From assembly GCA_965235115.1 (NCBI GenBank), contig OZ249436.1:47184001-47248000 (forward strand): 64,000 nt of DNA, read 5' to 3'. A program made the position numbers and the translations under genes. The notes beneath the pieces are model-generated. The model was not told the DNA's origin. It did no database searches and saw only the letters and a list, made by a program, of their open reading frames with translations. Positions within the stretch are counted from its first letter, which is position 1; every line of letters starts with the position of its first letter. The DNA comes from Laetmonice hystrix. Taxonomy: Eukaryota. Shown here in pieces: positions 63,901 through 64,000 of the stretch.

Positions 63901-64000
63901 CCCCATAGTGTACTGTTTGGCCTCACTGTACTGTTTGGCCTCACTGTAGTGTTCGTTTGGGTGCTAGGCCAGCCAGTATACCTTGTAGCGATTCCTCCCC

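Larger units (their letters stand above)
1..64000. repeat. Tandem satellite/macrosatellite array, ~841-bp monomer, ~76.5 copies, head-to-tail
   Basis: The anchor ATGGCTACTATAGG recurs at 261, 1104, 1945, 2786, 3628, 4470, 5286 ... 62988, 63829 (77 times). Spacings are mostly 841/842/825/816 bp. The ORF track repeats with the same period. No inversion seen. Confidence 0.99.

Noticed and set aside
1..64000. 5S rRNA, U1/U2/U6 snRNA, histone or rDNA tandem gene array
   Set aside because: I recognised none of their conserved sequences on either strand of the monomer. This was by eye; an Rfam search would be decisive.

Overview
The whole 64 kb window is one head-to-tail tandem array (satellite/macrosatellite type, probably eukaryotic) of a ~841-bp monomer. 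The anchor GCATGGCTACTATAGG occurs 77 times, all in the same orientation, and the array runs off both ends. Monomers are nearly identical. They fall into length classes (816, 825, 841, 842 bp) arranged in local higher-order repeats: 3-mer 2508 bp, 4-mer 3315 bp, 5/6-mer 4166/5007 bp. A 10-monomer block is also repeated 32,710 bp downstream. The only foreign sequence I found is a 143-bp insertion at 21259-21401. It looks like a minus-strand tRNA-derived SINE (perfect Pol III B box, A-rich 3' tail) and lies between two copies of the monomer's 18-bp subrepeat. I cannot support any protein-coding gene or recognisable RNA gene: the ORF-track entries are the same short frames repeated and are broken by indels. 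The monomer has internal structure (18-bp minisatellite, old ~75-bp duplication, palindromes, a GC-rich foldable block with splice-like borders), but any function is speculative. I did not find a demonstrable new biological system.
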